Assembly: GCA_964410585.1 (NCBI GenBank)
Contig: CAYPFW010000001.1
Span: 480,001 to 544,000, forward strand
DNA length: 64,000 nt
Origin: an uncultured archaeon
GTDB lineage: Archaea > Aenigmatarchaeota > Aenigmatarchaeia > QMZP01 > JACQNV01
Direction: 5' to 3'
This document shows, one piece after another, positions 26,532 through 36,075 of the stretch. The notes under the pieces are model-generated. The model was not told where the DNA came from. It was given only the letters and a program-made list of their open reading frames with translations, and did not search any database. The position numbers were made by a program, and so were the translations under genes. How positions within the stretch are numbered: position 1 is the stretch's first letter; the number at the start of each line of letters is the position of its first letter.

Positions 26532-27386
26532 TTATTCATCAGAAGATCGTCTTCTTCCTTTCAAGCCCTGTATAGAATTATCCAAGCTAGCTATTCTATC
26601 TGTCACACTCACCAAAGTCTGCTCTAATGCTGTTTTTATTCCATCCATTCTATCCTTTACGGTGTCCATCGAATCCTTGTAAGAATCCATTTTCTTTGCT
26701 AGACCCTGTATCTCTGTTTCTTTTTCCTGCAACATTTTATTTACTTTCTGTCCTAGCTCTTTTATCTCAGCTTCATAATCTTTAAACTTTCCTTCAAAAT
26801 CAACAAACTTGGCGTCTAATTCCCCGAGCTTCTCCTTCACAATAACTTCAATTAATTCCTCTGCCTCTTTCCTCCCTAAAGGCGGCTCTTTAAATGGTTC
26901 ATGTGGAACAGGAGAAGGCCTTCTCATAGGAGGCGGAATAGGTCTATTTACCCTGCTCGGTGGAGCAATAGACATTGGCTCCTCTTCTAGCTTTTCCTTC
27001 AAATCATTAAGATCTGGTAATCTAGGTATAGAAGACTCGTCTATATCACCTTCAATTTCCTCATGTGTCAATGGGGGTCTTGTAGGCTTTTTCACTGCGG
27101 CTGGCCGTGGCTCATCTGCTTGTTCAGTCTTTCTAACAGGTGTGCCTAGCTCTGCCTTTAAGTATTCTCTTATTCCCCTATCTATTTCCAAAGAATTAAA
27201 TCCTTCCTTCTTCAAAGTTCTGAAAACTTCAGGCTCTGAAAAACCTCTTGAAAACAACTCCTTAACTCTATTAAAAATATTAGAATGCTCTCTTACACTT
27301 TCGGGCGGTCTTATAGGCGCTGATTGTGGAGGACGATGACTTGGAGCCTCAGTCTTTTTCTTCAGAAAACCAAATGGACTGCTCAT
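26532..27386 (-). CDS. Hypothetical protein: helical N-domain, Pro-rich linker, C-terminal coiled coil
   Basis: 284-aa ORF; EELIEVIV.EK then heptad repeats. Confidence 0.8.
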   Translation of the reverse strand: MSSPFGFLKKKTEAPSHRPPQSAPIRPPESVREHSNIFNRVKELFSRGFSEPEVFRTLKKEGFNSLEIDRGIREYLKAELGTPVRKTEQADEPRPAAVKKPTRPPLTHEEIEGDIDESSIPRLPDLNDLKEKLEEEPMSIAPPSRVNRPIPPPMRRPSPVPHEPFKEPPLGRKEAEELIEVIVKEKLGELDAKFVDFEGKFKDYEAEIKELGQKVNKMLQEKETEIQGLAKKMDSYKDSMDTVKDRMDGIKTALEQTLVSVTDRIASLDNSIQGLKGRRRSSDE

Positions 27387-27512
27387 GTTATATTATTACT
27401 TGAGCACCCTTATTAAATCTTGTTTTCAAATTTGAAATAAATGAACACATTTTTGGGAGAATTTTAAGATTATATGCTTTTCAAAAGTCCAAAAATGTGT
27501 CAAGTTTATACT

Positions 27513-27905
27513 ATGAAAATTTATGTCGCGGCAAAGTTCGAAAAAAAGGATCTTGTGTTGGACACTTTCAAAAAACTAAAAGATTTAGGTCATTCTATAT
27601 CTTATGACTGGACATATCACAAAAACTATAGACCATATGACCAAAACCAGGAAATGGCAGCACACTATTCTCAAAATGAGCTTTCTGGGATAGAAAACTG
27701 CGATGTTTTCATTTATTTCTCCGAAGACCGTGGCCACACTTTGCATATGGAGTTTGGCTCAGCCCTTGCTTTTGCCAAAAAAACCGGAAAACCAATAATC
27801 TACGCAATTGGTGAATTCAACTCAAAGTCGCCTTGGTTTTTCAATCCTTTAGTAAAAAGAAGAAATTCTATAGAAGAAGTTTTGGAAGAGATAAAGAAAA
27901 TGTAA
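27513..27905 (+). CDS. Nucleoside 2-deoxyribosyltransferase-like protein
   Basis: MKIYVAA, ..GIENCD, G...EFG.ALA. Confidence 0.65.
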   Translation: MKIYVAAKFEKKDLVLDTFKKLKDLGHSISYDWTYHKNYRPYDQNQEMAAHYSQNELSGIENCDVFIYFSEDRGHTLHMEFGSALAFAKKTGKPIIYAIGEFNSKSPWFFNPLVKRRNSIEEVLEEIKKM

Positions 27906-27907
27906 GA

Positions 27908-28399
27908 TTAACACAACAATCTAATCCAAATTTTCATGCTTGGAGTAAACTGCTCGGGATTTGAGTTTATTTTTTGCTTCAATTCTTTTTTAGAAAACCA
28001 CTTCACTTGAGCCACTTCTTCGTTTTGTATTTTAAACTCATTTATTTGTCTATCAATTTTTAGAGTATACATCTGGCAGAAAAAATTGTGTTTTCCGAAA
28101 ATCCTTTTCTTTGGGCCTTTAGAAGGTTTTATGCTTTTCAAGCCAATTTCTTCTTCAGCCTCTTTGACTATATTTTGTTTGTATGTTTCGCCCCTTTCCA
28201 CAGTTCCAGCAACAGCAGGCGACCATTTTCCAGGCTCGTTTTTCTTGGTTAATGCTCTCTGAGCCAAGAGTATTTGGTTTTTAGAATTTGTTATCCATAA
28301 GGCAGAGACGCGGTAGATGTCTTTTGGTTTTATTTCATCCAAACCTTTATAGCCGATTATTTGGTCTCTTTGGTTTACAATAGTAAAAAGGGATTTCAT
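27908..28399 (-). CDS. NUDIX hydrolase (IDI-like)
   Basis: LLAQRALTK...PGKW, AGTVERGETY.....KEAEEEIG. Confidence 0.9.
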   Translation of the reverse strand: MKSLFTIVNQRDQIIGYKGLDEIKPKDIYRVSALWITNSKNQILLAQRALTKKNEPGKWSPAVAGTVERGETYKQNIVKEAEEEIGLKSIKPSKGPKKRIFGKHNFFCQMYTLKIDRQINEFKIQNEEVAQVKWFSKKELKQKINSNPEQFTPSMKIWIRLLC

Positions 28400-28462
28400 A
28401 ACATGATCAATACGTCCTCACGCAATCCACGAATATATAAGTCCCTAGATCTTATATAAAAT

Positions 28463-28597
28463 ATGGAAACAGTGACAATATCAAAACAGGAATACGAACA
28501 CTTAAAACAGCAAGCACAGATAGATGTAGAGTTATTGCAACAATTAATATCTAGTTTTACTGATATAAAAGAGGGGAGAGTTAGAAGAGTTAAGTAG
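28463..28597 (+). CDS. Small putative antitoxin (44 aa)
   Basis: METVTISKQEYEHLKQQAQIDVELLQQLISSFTDIKEGRVRRVK (translated by hand). Confidence 0.65.
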   Translation: METVTISKQEYEHLKQQAQIDVELLQQLISSFTDIKEGRVRRVK

Positions 28598-28598
28598 A

Positions 28599-28913
28599 CT
28601 ATCGTACTAAATTCTCGATTTCATTTTTGTAAAAATCCAGCATCATTTTGATGCCATTGATTACTCTTTGTTGATCCTTCTTTTCGCTTATACCAACCAT
28701 GTAAACAGATTTTAGGTTTTCATAGATTAGATAATAAACTCTGAATTTATCGTGCTTCTTTTCTCTAAGCCATTTAACTCCTAGAGGATCACCAACATAA
28801 GGAAATTCAACAAGTTGATCTTCAATTTTATCGAGCCATCTATGGAACTCATTATCGAATTCCTTTAGCTTATCATCGAATGTTTTAGAATGAAATATTT
28901 TATAATCTCCCAT
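28599..28913 (-). CDS. RelE/ParE-family toxin-like protein
   Basis: L...PYVGDPLG..WLREKK...FRVYYLIY. Confidence 0.75.
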   Translation of the reverse strand: MGDYKIFHSKTFDDKLKEFDNEFHRWLDKIEDQLVEFPYVGDPLGVKWLREKKHDKFRVYYLIYENLKSVYMVGISEKKDQQRVINGIKMMLDFYKNEIENLVR

Positions 28914-28946
28914 ATATTCTATTTATCATACTCTTAAAAATACAAG

Positions 28947-29324
28947 CTATCTTCTTTTTTGGCTTATCATTTCCTCGACCTGTTCCCTTGTTACGAATTT
29001 TGATTTGAGTGGATTGTAAATGTCCAAAAGTTCTTTTATCCCAGTGACCTCTGATTTTGTTGCAAATCTTTTCAGTTGATTTATCAATTCATTTACTGTG
29101 TTTTCGAGCTGCCCAAACTTGGAAAGAAAATCATTCATTCTAGAATCAATTGACTGCTCAAGCCTTGAGATATCCTTTTTTTGGTTTAAGATTTCATTTT
29201 CCAAAGATGTTGTTGTGTTGACTGTTTCATTGTATCTCTCTTCCAAATCCCTCAACCTTCTTGTAACATCATTGACTCTGCTTGTCAATTCGTTTATAAC
29301 CCTAAACATCTCTTGGTCTGGCAT
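28947..29324 (-). CDS. Coiled-coil hypothetical protein
   Basis: RRLRDLEER...A.K.EV..IK.LLDIYNP...FVTRE.V. Confidence 0.8.
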   Translation of the reverse strand: MPDQEMFRVINELTSRVNDVTRRLRDLEERYNETVNTTTSLENEILNQKKDISRLEQSIDSRMNDFLSKFGQLENTVNELINQLKRFATKSEVTGIKELLDIYNPLKSKFVTREQVEEMISQKRR

Positions 29325-29503
29325 ATCTACCTATATTTGGTTGAGCGTTCCTTTAAATTAAGATTTTAGCCGAAAATCAATTAACCATTAAATACTGCTT
29401 CAATCAATATTACATATATAGGGGATTACGCTACAAGAGAGCGTTCAGAGTTACCAAAAAGAGGGGTGAATTTTTCTTTTAGTGGAATGAGTGGTTTTGT
29501 ATC

Positions 29504-29556
29504 CTAGTTTTCTTTGGGGTACCTTACCACTTTCTTTTTCTAAAAGAAAGGGGTAG
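29504..29556. repeat. Family C (inverted), ending exactly before ATG 29557
   Basis: ...GTACCTTACCACTTTCTTTTTCTAAAAGAAAGGGGTAG-ATG. Confidence 0.85.
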
Positions 29557-31812
29557 ATGCCAGCGTGTACTTGTAAAAAAGAATTTGATCAGGAAAGGGG
29601 TGTCTTAAAATTCAATTGTTTAGGAACCCTTTGCGGAGCTTCGATAGAGGATTATTCTTCTTGTACAGCAGAAGCAATAGATGGCTTGCTTGAAAACAAA
29701 ACCGCAGAATATATTGTTTTTGCAAAAGAAAGGGAATATGAATATGGGCCAGAGCAGGTCAAGGTCTTGAAAGAAATAGCTCATGTTATAGAATCAATTA
29801 TCAGGGAAAAACTAATTTCTAATTTAGGTCCCCCACAAGGCAGGCGCTTCTTTCCTGAATGGAGTTCAAGGCTGCAGTATATTGTTTTAGATTTGATTAG
29901 GACAGATCCTATAGGTGCATATGTCGAATTGATCAGAGAAATAAGGCGCGCAAAAATAAGGCAAGACAAATCCCTTCCAGCATTCAAGCCCTCATACAAA
30001 TATTATATCGACAACATACTGGAAGTTTTGAAAGAAAAATTAGAAAAAACAGAATTGATAAAAATCGCAGAACCAAACCTTGATGGCTACCATGTTGGCG
30101 ACCGCTCTTTGTATAGGCAAATTTTCTCACCTTCAATCAGACCAAATTTCATGCTCACAAGATTCATGGTCATCCCTCCAGAAGGTGGAAAGGTCATAGC
30201 AAGATACGAAGTTGGTGACACCCAAGTTGAAATTTTCAAAATCCCAGGCGAAACATCCTACATGTATTATGCAATTCCACCAGAATTCCGTCTTCCAGAA
30301 GAGCAATACAGAGTGCTGGATGCGGCTAGGAGATACATGGCAACACACAAACCAGCCTCTGCTGAATTTGTGAAATCAACAGAAGTGAGGAAGATTTTCT
30401 ACAATATAGGAAAAGACGTCATCTCAAATATAGTCGCAAGTACAAAAACAAACTTGAAGATTGAGGATATAGAAAAACTCGCAAATATTTTAACAAGATA
30501 TACAGCTGGTTTTGGTGTGCTCGAGGTTCTTTTAGCAGATGAAAAAATCCAGGATATTTACATCAACTCACCAATTGAAAGACTGCCTATACTCATCGCT
30601 CATTCTGATTTTGAAGAATGCAAGACAAACCTAATTCCAACATCAGATGATGCAGAGAGCTGGGCTACACGATTAAGGATCCAATCTGGCAGACCTTTAG
30701 ACGAAGCAAACCCTGTATTAGACACAGGTATAGAAGTCCCTGGAGGAAGGGCGAGGTTTGCAGTGATTACAAGGACCCTATCTCCTGAAGGTTTAGGATT
30801 TGCAATAAGAAGACACAGAGATTCTTCTTGGACATTCCCTCTTTACATGCAAGAAAAAATAAAAATGATGAATCCACTTGCAGCCGGTTTGCTATCCTTT
30901 TTAGCAGACAACTCTGCGAGCATTTTGATAGCAGGCGGTAGAGGCTCTGGAAAAACATCTGTCTTAGGTGCAATGATGTTGGAGCTTCTTCCAAAAACAA
31001 GAGTTGTAACAATTGAAGATACTCTTGAGCTTCCTGTTTTCCAAATGAGGAATTTAGGCTTCAACATTCAGGCAATGAAATCTCGATCAGTTATAACAAG
31101 AGTTGAAACAGAAATGGCAGCAGACGAGGCTTTGAGGACGGCTTTGAGGTTAGGTGATTCTGCAATGATTGTAGGAGAAATCCGTTCTTTGGAAGCTAAG
31201 GTCTTGTGGGAAGCAATGAGAATCGGTGCTTTGTCTAATGTTGTGGCAGGTACAATCCACGGTGAGTCTGCATATGGTGTTTATGATAGGGTTGTCAATG
31301 ATTTGGGTGTGCCTTCAACGAGTTTTAAGGCCACAGACATTGTTGTAATTTGCAGAAGGTTGAGATCAGCAGATGGCTTGCATACATTCAGAAGGATAGT
31401 TGGGATCACAGAGGTTAGGAAAAATTGGGACACAAATCCTTTGAAAGAAGGCGGATTTATCGACTTGATGTCTTATTCTGGAAAGAAAGATAATTTAGAA
31501 GGCTCAGACACTTTTGTCAATGGCGAGTCTGAAATTTTGAACAGGATTTCCAATTTTGTCAAAGAATATTCAGGCAACTGGGAAGCAATGTGGGACAACA
31601 TAAAACTTCGAGCAGATATGAAAAAAACGACAGTTGAAATTGCAGAGAAACTGAAAAAACCAAAACTGCTAGAGGCAGAAGCAATTGTCAGGTCAAATGT
31701 CCAATTCCACTCTATCTCCGACAAAATAAGGCAAGAAACAGGCGCAGCAGACTCAAAAAGGGTTTTCAAAGAATGGTCTAATTGGTTTAAAGTAGAAGCA
31801 CAGGGGAAATAA
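29557..31812 (+). CDS. Type II/IV secretion (VirB11/TadA-like) ATPase with long N-terminal extension
   Basis: AGGRGSGKTS, TIEDTLEL, ALRLGDS.MIVGEIR, GTIHG. Confidence 0.93.
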   Translation: MPACTCKKEFDQERGVLKFNCLGTLCGASIEDYSSCTAEAIDGLLENKTAEYIVFAKEREYEYGPEQVKVLKEIAHVIESIIREKLISNLGPPQGRRFFPEWSSRLQYIVLDLIRTDPIGAYVELIREIRRAKIRQDKSLPAFKPSYKYYIDNILEVLKEKLEKTELIKIAEPNLDGYHVGDRSLYRQIFSPSIRPNFMLTRFMVIPPEGGKVIARYEVGDTQVEIFKIPGETSYMYYAIPPEFRLPEEQYRVLDAARRYMATHKPASAEFVKSTEVRKIFYNIGKDVISNIVASTKTNLKIEDIEKLANILTRYTAGFGVLEVLLADEKIQDIYINSPIERLPILIAHSDFEECKTNLIPTSDDAESWATRLRIQSGRPLDEANPVLDTGIEVPGGRARFAVITRTLSPEGLGFAIRRHRDSSWTFPLYMQEKIKMMNPLAAGLLSFLADNSASILIAGGRGSGKTSVLGAMMLELLPKTRVVTIEDTLELPVFQMRNLGFNIQAMKSRSVITRVETEMAADEALRTALRLGDSAMIVGEIRSLEAKVLWEAMRIGALSNVVAGTIHGESAYGVYDRVVNDLGVPSTSFKATDIVVICRRLRSADGLHTFRRIVGITEVRKNWDTNPLKEGGFIDLMSYSGKKDNLEGSDTFVNGESEILNRISNFVKEYSGNWEAMWDNIKLRADMKKTTVEIAEKLKKPKLLEAEAIVRSNVQFHSISDKIRQETGAADSKRVFKEWSNWFKVEAQGK

Positions 31813-31868
31813 GATCTTCAAAGAACTGATATACAACAAAATATAAGCGGCTTCTTCTAATTATTAAC

Positions 31869-33947
31869 ATGTCCTTCTTCAGTAAAAAGAAAAAGCCACA
31901 GCCTATCCCTCAAAGGTATATACAAATTGGAAACAAAAGGATAGATGTCTCTTCCAGGGAATACAGGATATACAAGCAAAGGGAAGAGGTAAAAGAAAAC
32001 TTTTTTGAAAAATACGCTAATTTTTGCAGAAGCTTTTTGAAAGTCAATCCAGACAAAGACACAGCAAAAAGCTTGCAGGCTGCTATTGATTTCACTGAAC
32101 TTAAAACAACACCAACAGCTGTGATGTCTGCGATGGTTTTCACAATGTTTGTTTTTGTGATCCTTGGTGCAGCTGTTATTTTGTTAACAGGAAACTTTAC
32201 TTTTGGCGTTGTCACAATAATAGCTGGACTTGGAATTGGATACTACATTTTGAAATATCCAATTGGCTATGTAAAAACTTTAAGAGTTAGAGCCTCCTCT
32301 CAAGTGGTTTTGGCTATCCTTTACATGGTTGTATCAATGAGGATTTCGCCGAATTTGGAGCGAGCTTTGAGGTTTGCAGCAGCAAATGTCACAGGCGATT
32401 TAGCAATTGATTTGAGGAAGCTTCTTTGGGATATTGAATTTGGAAAATATGTTTCAGCTGATCAGGCAATTTCAGTTTACATAGAAAAATGGAAAACAGA
32501 AAACGAGGAATTTGCAGAGGCTTTGAGATTGATAAAAGATTCGCAAACACAAGCATATGAGGCTGTTGACAGGACATTGGACGAAGCCTTGAAAGTTGTT
32601 TTAGAGGAAACAAAAAACAGGATGAAGCACTACACACAAGACCTGAGAATGCCTGTCATGATAATCCACATGATGGGTATAGTCCTCCCTGTATTAGGTG
32701 CAATCATGGCGCCTTTAGCATCTGTTTTCCTATCATCTTCTTTTAGGCCAGAATTATTTGTAATAGGATATGACATTGTCTTGCCTCTAATAATTGTTTG
32801 GTTCATTAACGCGACGCTGAAAAAAAGGCCTGTAACATTCTCTGAAATCGATATAGTAGAACATCCTGATATTCCGCCACAAGGCTCTTTCCTGATAAAA
32901 AGGGCAGGCAAAAAAATAGCATTCCCAGCCTTCCCTGTAGCGTTTATAATAATTTTAGCAATTTGTCTTTTGCCTATCCTATACTTCTCATCACACCCTG
33001 AGTATCTTGTCCCATCTGCAGAACAAATAGAAAAAGGTCTACAATTCCCACCAGAAGCTCTTTTGATGTCGATTTTAATTGTATTAGGGGTTGGCTTTGG
33101 TTTAGCAGTTTACTTTATTTTGTCTTCATTCCAGTCTGTGAAAATACAAGAGAAAATCGAGAAAACAGAAGGCCAGTTTGAGCTGGCCCTTTTCCAGCTT
33201 GGAAATCGAGCAAAGTCAGGCGTGCCAACAGAAGTTGCAATTGAAAAATCAATAGATGACTTGAAAGATTTGGAGATATCCGACCTATTTAAAAGAGTTT
33301 TAAGAAACCTTCGGGAGCTTGGCTCATCATCTTTCAGAGATGCTTTGTTTAATCCAAAATTCGGTGCACTTAGGTACTATCCAAGCAAGCTCATAAAAAA
33401 TGTGATGTACACAGTCGCAGACACAGCTGAAAAAGGTGTGGCCTATGCATCAAACTCCATGCTTACTATTTCCAGATATTTGAAAAACGTGAAAGAGACA
33501 CAAGAATACATAAGGGACATGCTTTCAGAAACAGTAAGCTCAATGAAATTCCAAGCATACATGCTCACACCAATAATAACAGGTTTGATTGTCTCTATGT
33601 CTGAGATAATTACAAAAGTTTTTTTGACTTTGATAACACGGTTGAACAAAGTTGGTTTTTTGGGCGACGCTAACTTGATTTCTTCAGTTGACCTTTTCAA
33701 ACAAGTGAAAACAGCAATGTCGCCTGGTGTTTTCCAGCTAATTGTCGGGATCTATTTGGTTGAAGTGATAATTATTTTAGGGTTTTTCATGACAAAAATA
33801 TCCCATGGCCAGAACAAAGCTTTGGAATACAACACAGCAGGCAAAATGCTTATAATCGGAATAATTATGTATTTAGTAGTTGCCTTGATTTCAAGGTCAA
33901 TGTTTGTCGGATTGATAGACCAAGCATTGTCTTCGATATTGAGTTAG
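31869..33947 (+). CDS. Type II secretion F / TadC-like membrane platform protein
   Basis: Multi-TM protein with two repeated cytoplasmic domains, directly after the ATPase. Confidence 0.8.
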   Translation: MSFFSKKKKPQPIPQRYIQIGNKRIDVSSREYRIYKQREEVKENFFEKYANFCRSFLKVNPDKDTAKSLQAAIDFTELKTTPTAVMSAMVFTMFVFVILGAAVILLTGNFTFGVVTIIAGLGIGYYILKYPIGYVKTLRVRASSQVVLAILYMVVSMRISPNLERALRFAAANVTGDLAIDLRKLLWDIEFGKYVSADQAISVYIEKWKTENEEFAEALRLIKDSQTQAYEAVDRTLDEALKVVLEETKNRMKHYTQDLRMPVMIIHMMGIVLPVLGAIMAPLASVFLSSSFRPELFVIGYDIVLPLIIVWFINATLKKRPVTFSEIDIVEHPDIPPQGSFLIKRAGKKIAFPAFPVAFIIILAICLLPILYFSSHPEYLVPSAEQIEKGLQFPPEALLMSILIVLGVGFGLAVYFILSSFQSVKIQEKIEKTEGQFELALFQLGNRAKSGVPTEVAIEKSIDDLKDLEISDLFKRVLRNLRELGSSSFRDALFNPKFGALRYYPSKLIKNVMYTVADTAEKGVAYASNSMLTISRYLKNVKETQEYIRDMLSETVSSMKFQAYMLTPIITGLIVSMSEIITKVFLTLITRLNKVGFLGDANLISSVDLFKQVKTAMSPGVFQLIVGIYLVEVIIILGFFMTKISHGQNKALEYNTAGKMLIIGIIMYLVVALISRSMFVGLIDQALSSILS

Positions 33948-33948
33948 T

Positions 33949-34107
33949 ATGAAATTAAAAGGATTTGCAGGATTTGGAGAGAGTTTAGTTGATTTTGTAC
34001 TGCACATACTCTTACCAATCGCAGTTGTTTTGTTTATAGTCGCTCTTGTTGTTGTTTATTTGCAGCAATCTGGGTTTAATATTTCGATACCGAATCCGCT
34101 TTCTTAG
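33949..34107 (+). CDS. Small pilin-like protein (class III signal peptide-like)
   Basis: MKLKG/FAGFGESLVDFVLHILLPIAVVLFIVALVVVYLQQSG... (52 aa, translated by hand). Confidence 0.6.
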   Translation: MKLKGFAGFGESLVDFVLHILLPIAVVLFIVALVVVYLQQSGFNISIPNPLS

Positions 34108-34140
34108 TTTATAAAAGATGATTTCTATTAATTCTATTGC

Positions 34141-34260
34141 GCCTCAGTGGCTCAGTGGTAGAGCGTTGCCTTGGTAAGCACTTCTTTTGCTTCGGCAAAA
34201 GACCTGCACTAGAAAAATCCGAAAAGGCAAAGGTCGCGTGTTCAACTCACGCCTGGGGCT
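34141..34260 (+). tRNA. tRNA-Thr(GGT) with 48-nt intron at 37/38 (34177-34224)
   Basis: Acceptor GCCTCAG/CTGGGGC, D-stem GCTC/GAGC, anticodon stem TTGCC/GGCAA, T-arm GCGTG-TTCAACT-CACGC; splice helix TTGG/CCGA. Confidence 0.92.
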
Positions 34261-34301
34261 TTCAAAACTCTTAAATACAAAACAACAATTAAGTGAATCA
34301 A

Positions 34302-34451
34302 GGGGTCGTCGTATAGTGGTAGTATATAGCTAATTGTCTAGCTAATAGCAGGCTCCAAAGCTCTATTGGAGCTATGAGGTTTTTTGAGGTTCTCAAAGAA
34401 CTTATGATATGAAGAAACCTGTGGATGGGCGTTCGATTCGCTCCGACCCCA
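34302..34451 (+). tRNA. tRNA-Trp(CCA) with introns at 25/26 (34326-34346) and 37/38 (34359-34416)
   Basis: Acceptor GGGGTCG/CGACCCC, anticodon stem GCAGG/CCTGT, TTCGATT loop; BHB helix TAGT/GCTA for the D-arm intron. Confidence 0.9.
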
Positions 34452-34560
34452 CTTATTTTTTAAAATTTCAATAAAATCATTTAGTATGAGGGTGAAATGA
34501 TAAAGAACATGCGCAAAATAGTTGAGGAAGGTTATGAAAAAGGCGACTCCACTTCTATTT

Positions 34561-35493
34561 TTATTTTATGTGTTTCTCAAATTCATTAACTAGAGTTACA
34601 ATCGAATCACCTTCCCCATCTTTTTCCCAATCAATTTTGGGGGGATTGTAATTTTGCGGTCGCCACTCAGTTATGCGCCTATAATCATCACCAGACATCT
34701 GAAATTCACTCGATGCAATATTTTCGTCAATGTGTTTTTTACTTGCTGACATAATCATTGGATAATACCCCATCTCACAAATCCAGTTCAGGATTATTTG
34801 ACTTTGGGTTTTATTGTATTTTTTGGCCAATTCAACAAGAAGCGGCCAATTATGTTTCAGTGTAGAGCTGCGCCTCAGTGGACGCCAAATAATATTTTTT
34901 ACATCCAACTCATCACAGGTTTTAAAGACACCCTTGTCTTGTAGCGCCCTTATTTCAAAGCTTATATGACCTTCGTGTGCAATGAACTTATCTCCAAATT
35001 CCTTTTTGAAGAGTCTAATACAATTCGGACTCGCGTTTGAAAGACTGACATATCTGGTTTTTCCATCTTTTAAAAGGTTATGAAGTAATGAGTAGGTGAA
35101 CTTTTCACCAAACTGTTTTATGAAGGACTGTGTTACGAGTGTAGAGTCCGCATAATTTGTGTCCATTATTCTGTAGAAGCTAACAATATCTTGTTTAACA
35201 ACATCAGCTGATGTCAAATCTCTTGGATAAAGTGAATGAGTCAGAAAAAGGTCTTCCCTCTTAATTGAACTTTTGTCTAGTGCTATTTTGAATAGCATTA
35301 GGGCTTGCCCATGTCCGTAACCCAGTGAAATCTCAGTAAAATTGATACCTTTTTTGAGAGCATAGACGAGAGCTTCTATGTATTTTTCGTCTTCAAGCTT
35401 TTCTGTGATAATCATGTCCCTGTGACCACGACCACCAATACCATAACTACCTATTCCAATTTTAGAAATATTCCTACCAGACACGGTTTTCAT
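34561..35493 (-). CDS. Aldo/keto reductase family protein
   Basis: IGIGSYG, G.NF.E.S..YG.G, REDLFL, G..RYV.LSN, LAKKYNKT.SQI.LNW. Confidence 0.85.
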   Translation of the reverse strand: MKTVSGRNISKIGIGSYGIGGRGHRDMIITEKLEDEKYIEALVYALKKGINFTEISLGYGHGQALMLFKIALDKSSIKREDLFLTHSLYPRDLTSADVVKQDIVSFYRIMDTNYADSTLVTQSFIKQFGEKFTYSLLHNLLKDGKTRYVSLSNASPNCIRLFKKEFGDKFIAHEGHISFEIRALQDKGVFKTCDELDVKNIIWRPLRRSSTLKHNWPLLVELAKKYNKTQSQIILNWICEMGYYPMIMSASKKHIDENIASSEFQMSGDDYRRITEWRPQNYNPPKIDWEKDGEGDSIVTLVNEFEKHIK

Positions 35494-35570
35494 ATCATTT
35501 CACCAAATTGTGTAACTAATCATTCTTCAGAAAGTCCATTACTTCGTGTATTTTATGATCTTCAATATGT

Positions 35571-35825
35571 CTACAACTCAAACTCAAATAGCTTGTACTT
35601 CACTTTCACTTTAAACCCTGCGTCTTTTAGTTTTTTCAAACTACCAGAGCCTTTGATTTTGCCTTTCAACAAATCAAGCAAACCCATATCAATTGCAGCC
35701 ATTGGGTTTTTGATGTCAACAAGTATCTCCTTGTCCTTTGATTTTATTGATAAGATTTCTTTTTTGTCAATTTCAAAAGTAAAATCAGCTTCTCCTTTCA
35801 AGGTTGATAAATATTCAGATATCAT
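35571..35825 (-). CDS. Hypothetical protein
   Basis: 84 aa, coupled to upstream gene (ATGA). Confidence 0.65.
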   Translation of the reverse strand: MISEYLSTLKGEADFTFEIDKKEILSIKSKDKEILVDIKNPMAAIDMGLLDLLKGKIKGSGSLKKLKDAGFKVKVKYKLFEFEL

Positions 35826-36010
35826 TTTTTGGTCTCCTTGGATTTTGGTGAAATAGAAATCTCCAACTTTCCATCAATTTTAGCTTTAGATTTGCCCAAA
35901 TCAATTTCAATGTCTTTCAAATTCAAAGTGGTCTTTCCTTCCTTGCCTTCAAGTGATTTCAGGAACTTTTCAATGAATTCTTTTTTCTCTTTTAGAAGTT
36001 CAGATATCAT
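35822..36010 (-). CDS. Hypothetical protein
   Basis: Starts MISE like its neighbour. Confidence 0.6.
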   Translation of the reverse strand: MISELLKEKKEFIEKFLKSLEGKEGKTTLNLKDIEIDLGKSKAKIDGKLEISISPKSKETKK

Positions 36011-36075
36011 CGGTGTTTTTGGTTTTGTTTTATTTATAGGTATGCCCACACATATTTTGATATTAGGGGTGTCAA

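Noticed and set aside
34486-34560. Short fragment MRKIVEEGYEKGD after tRNA-Trp, possibly a truncated gene start
   Set aside because: Too short to support a pseudogene or tRNA-integrated island call; no att duplication seen
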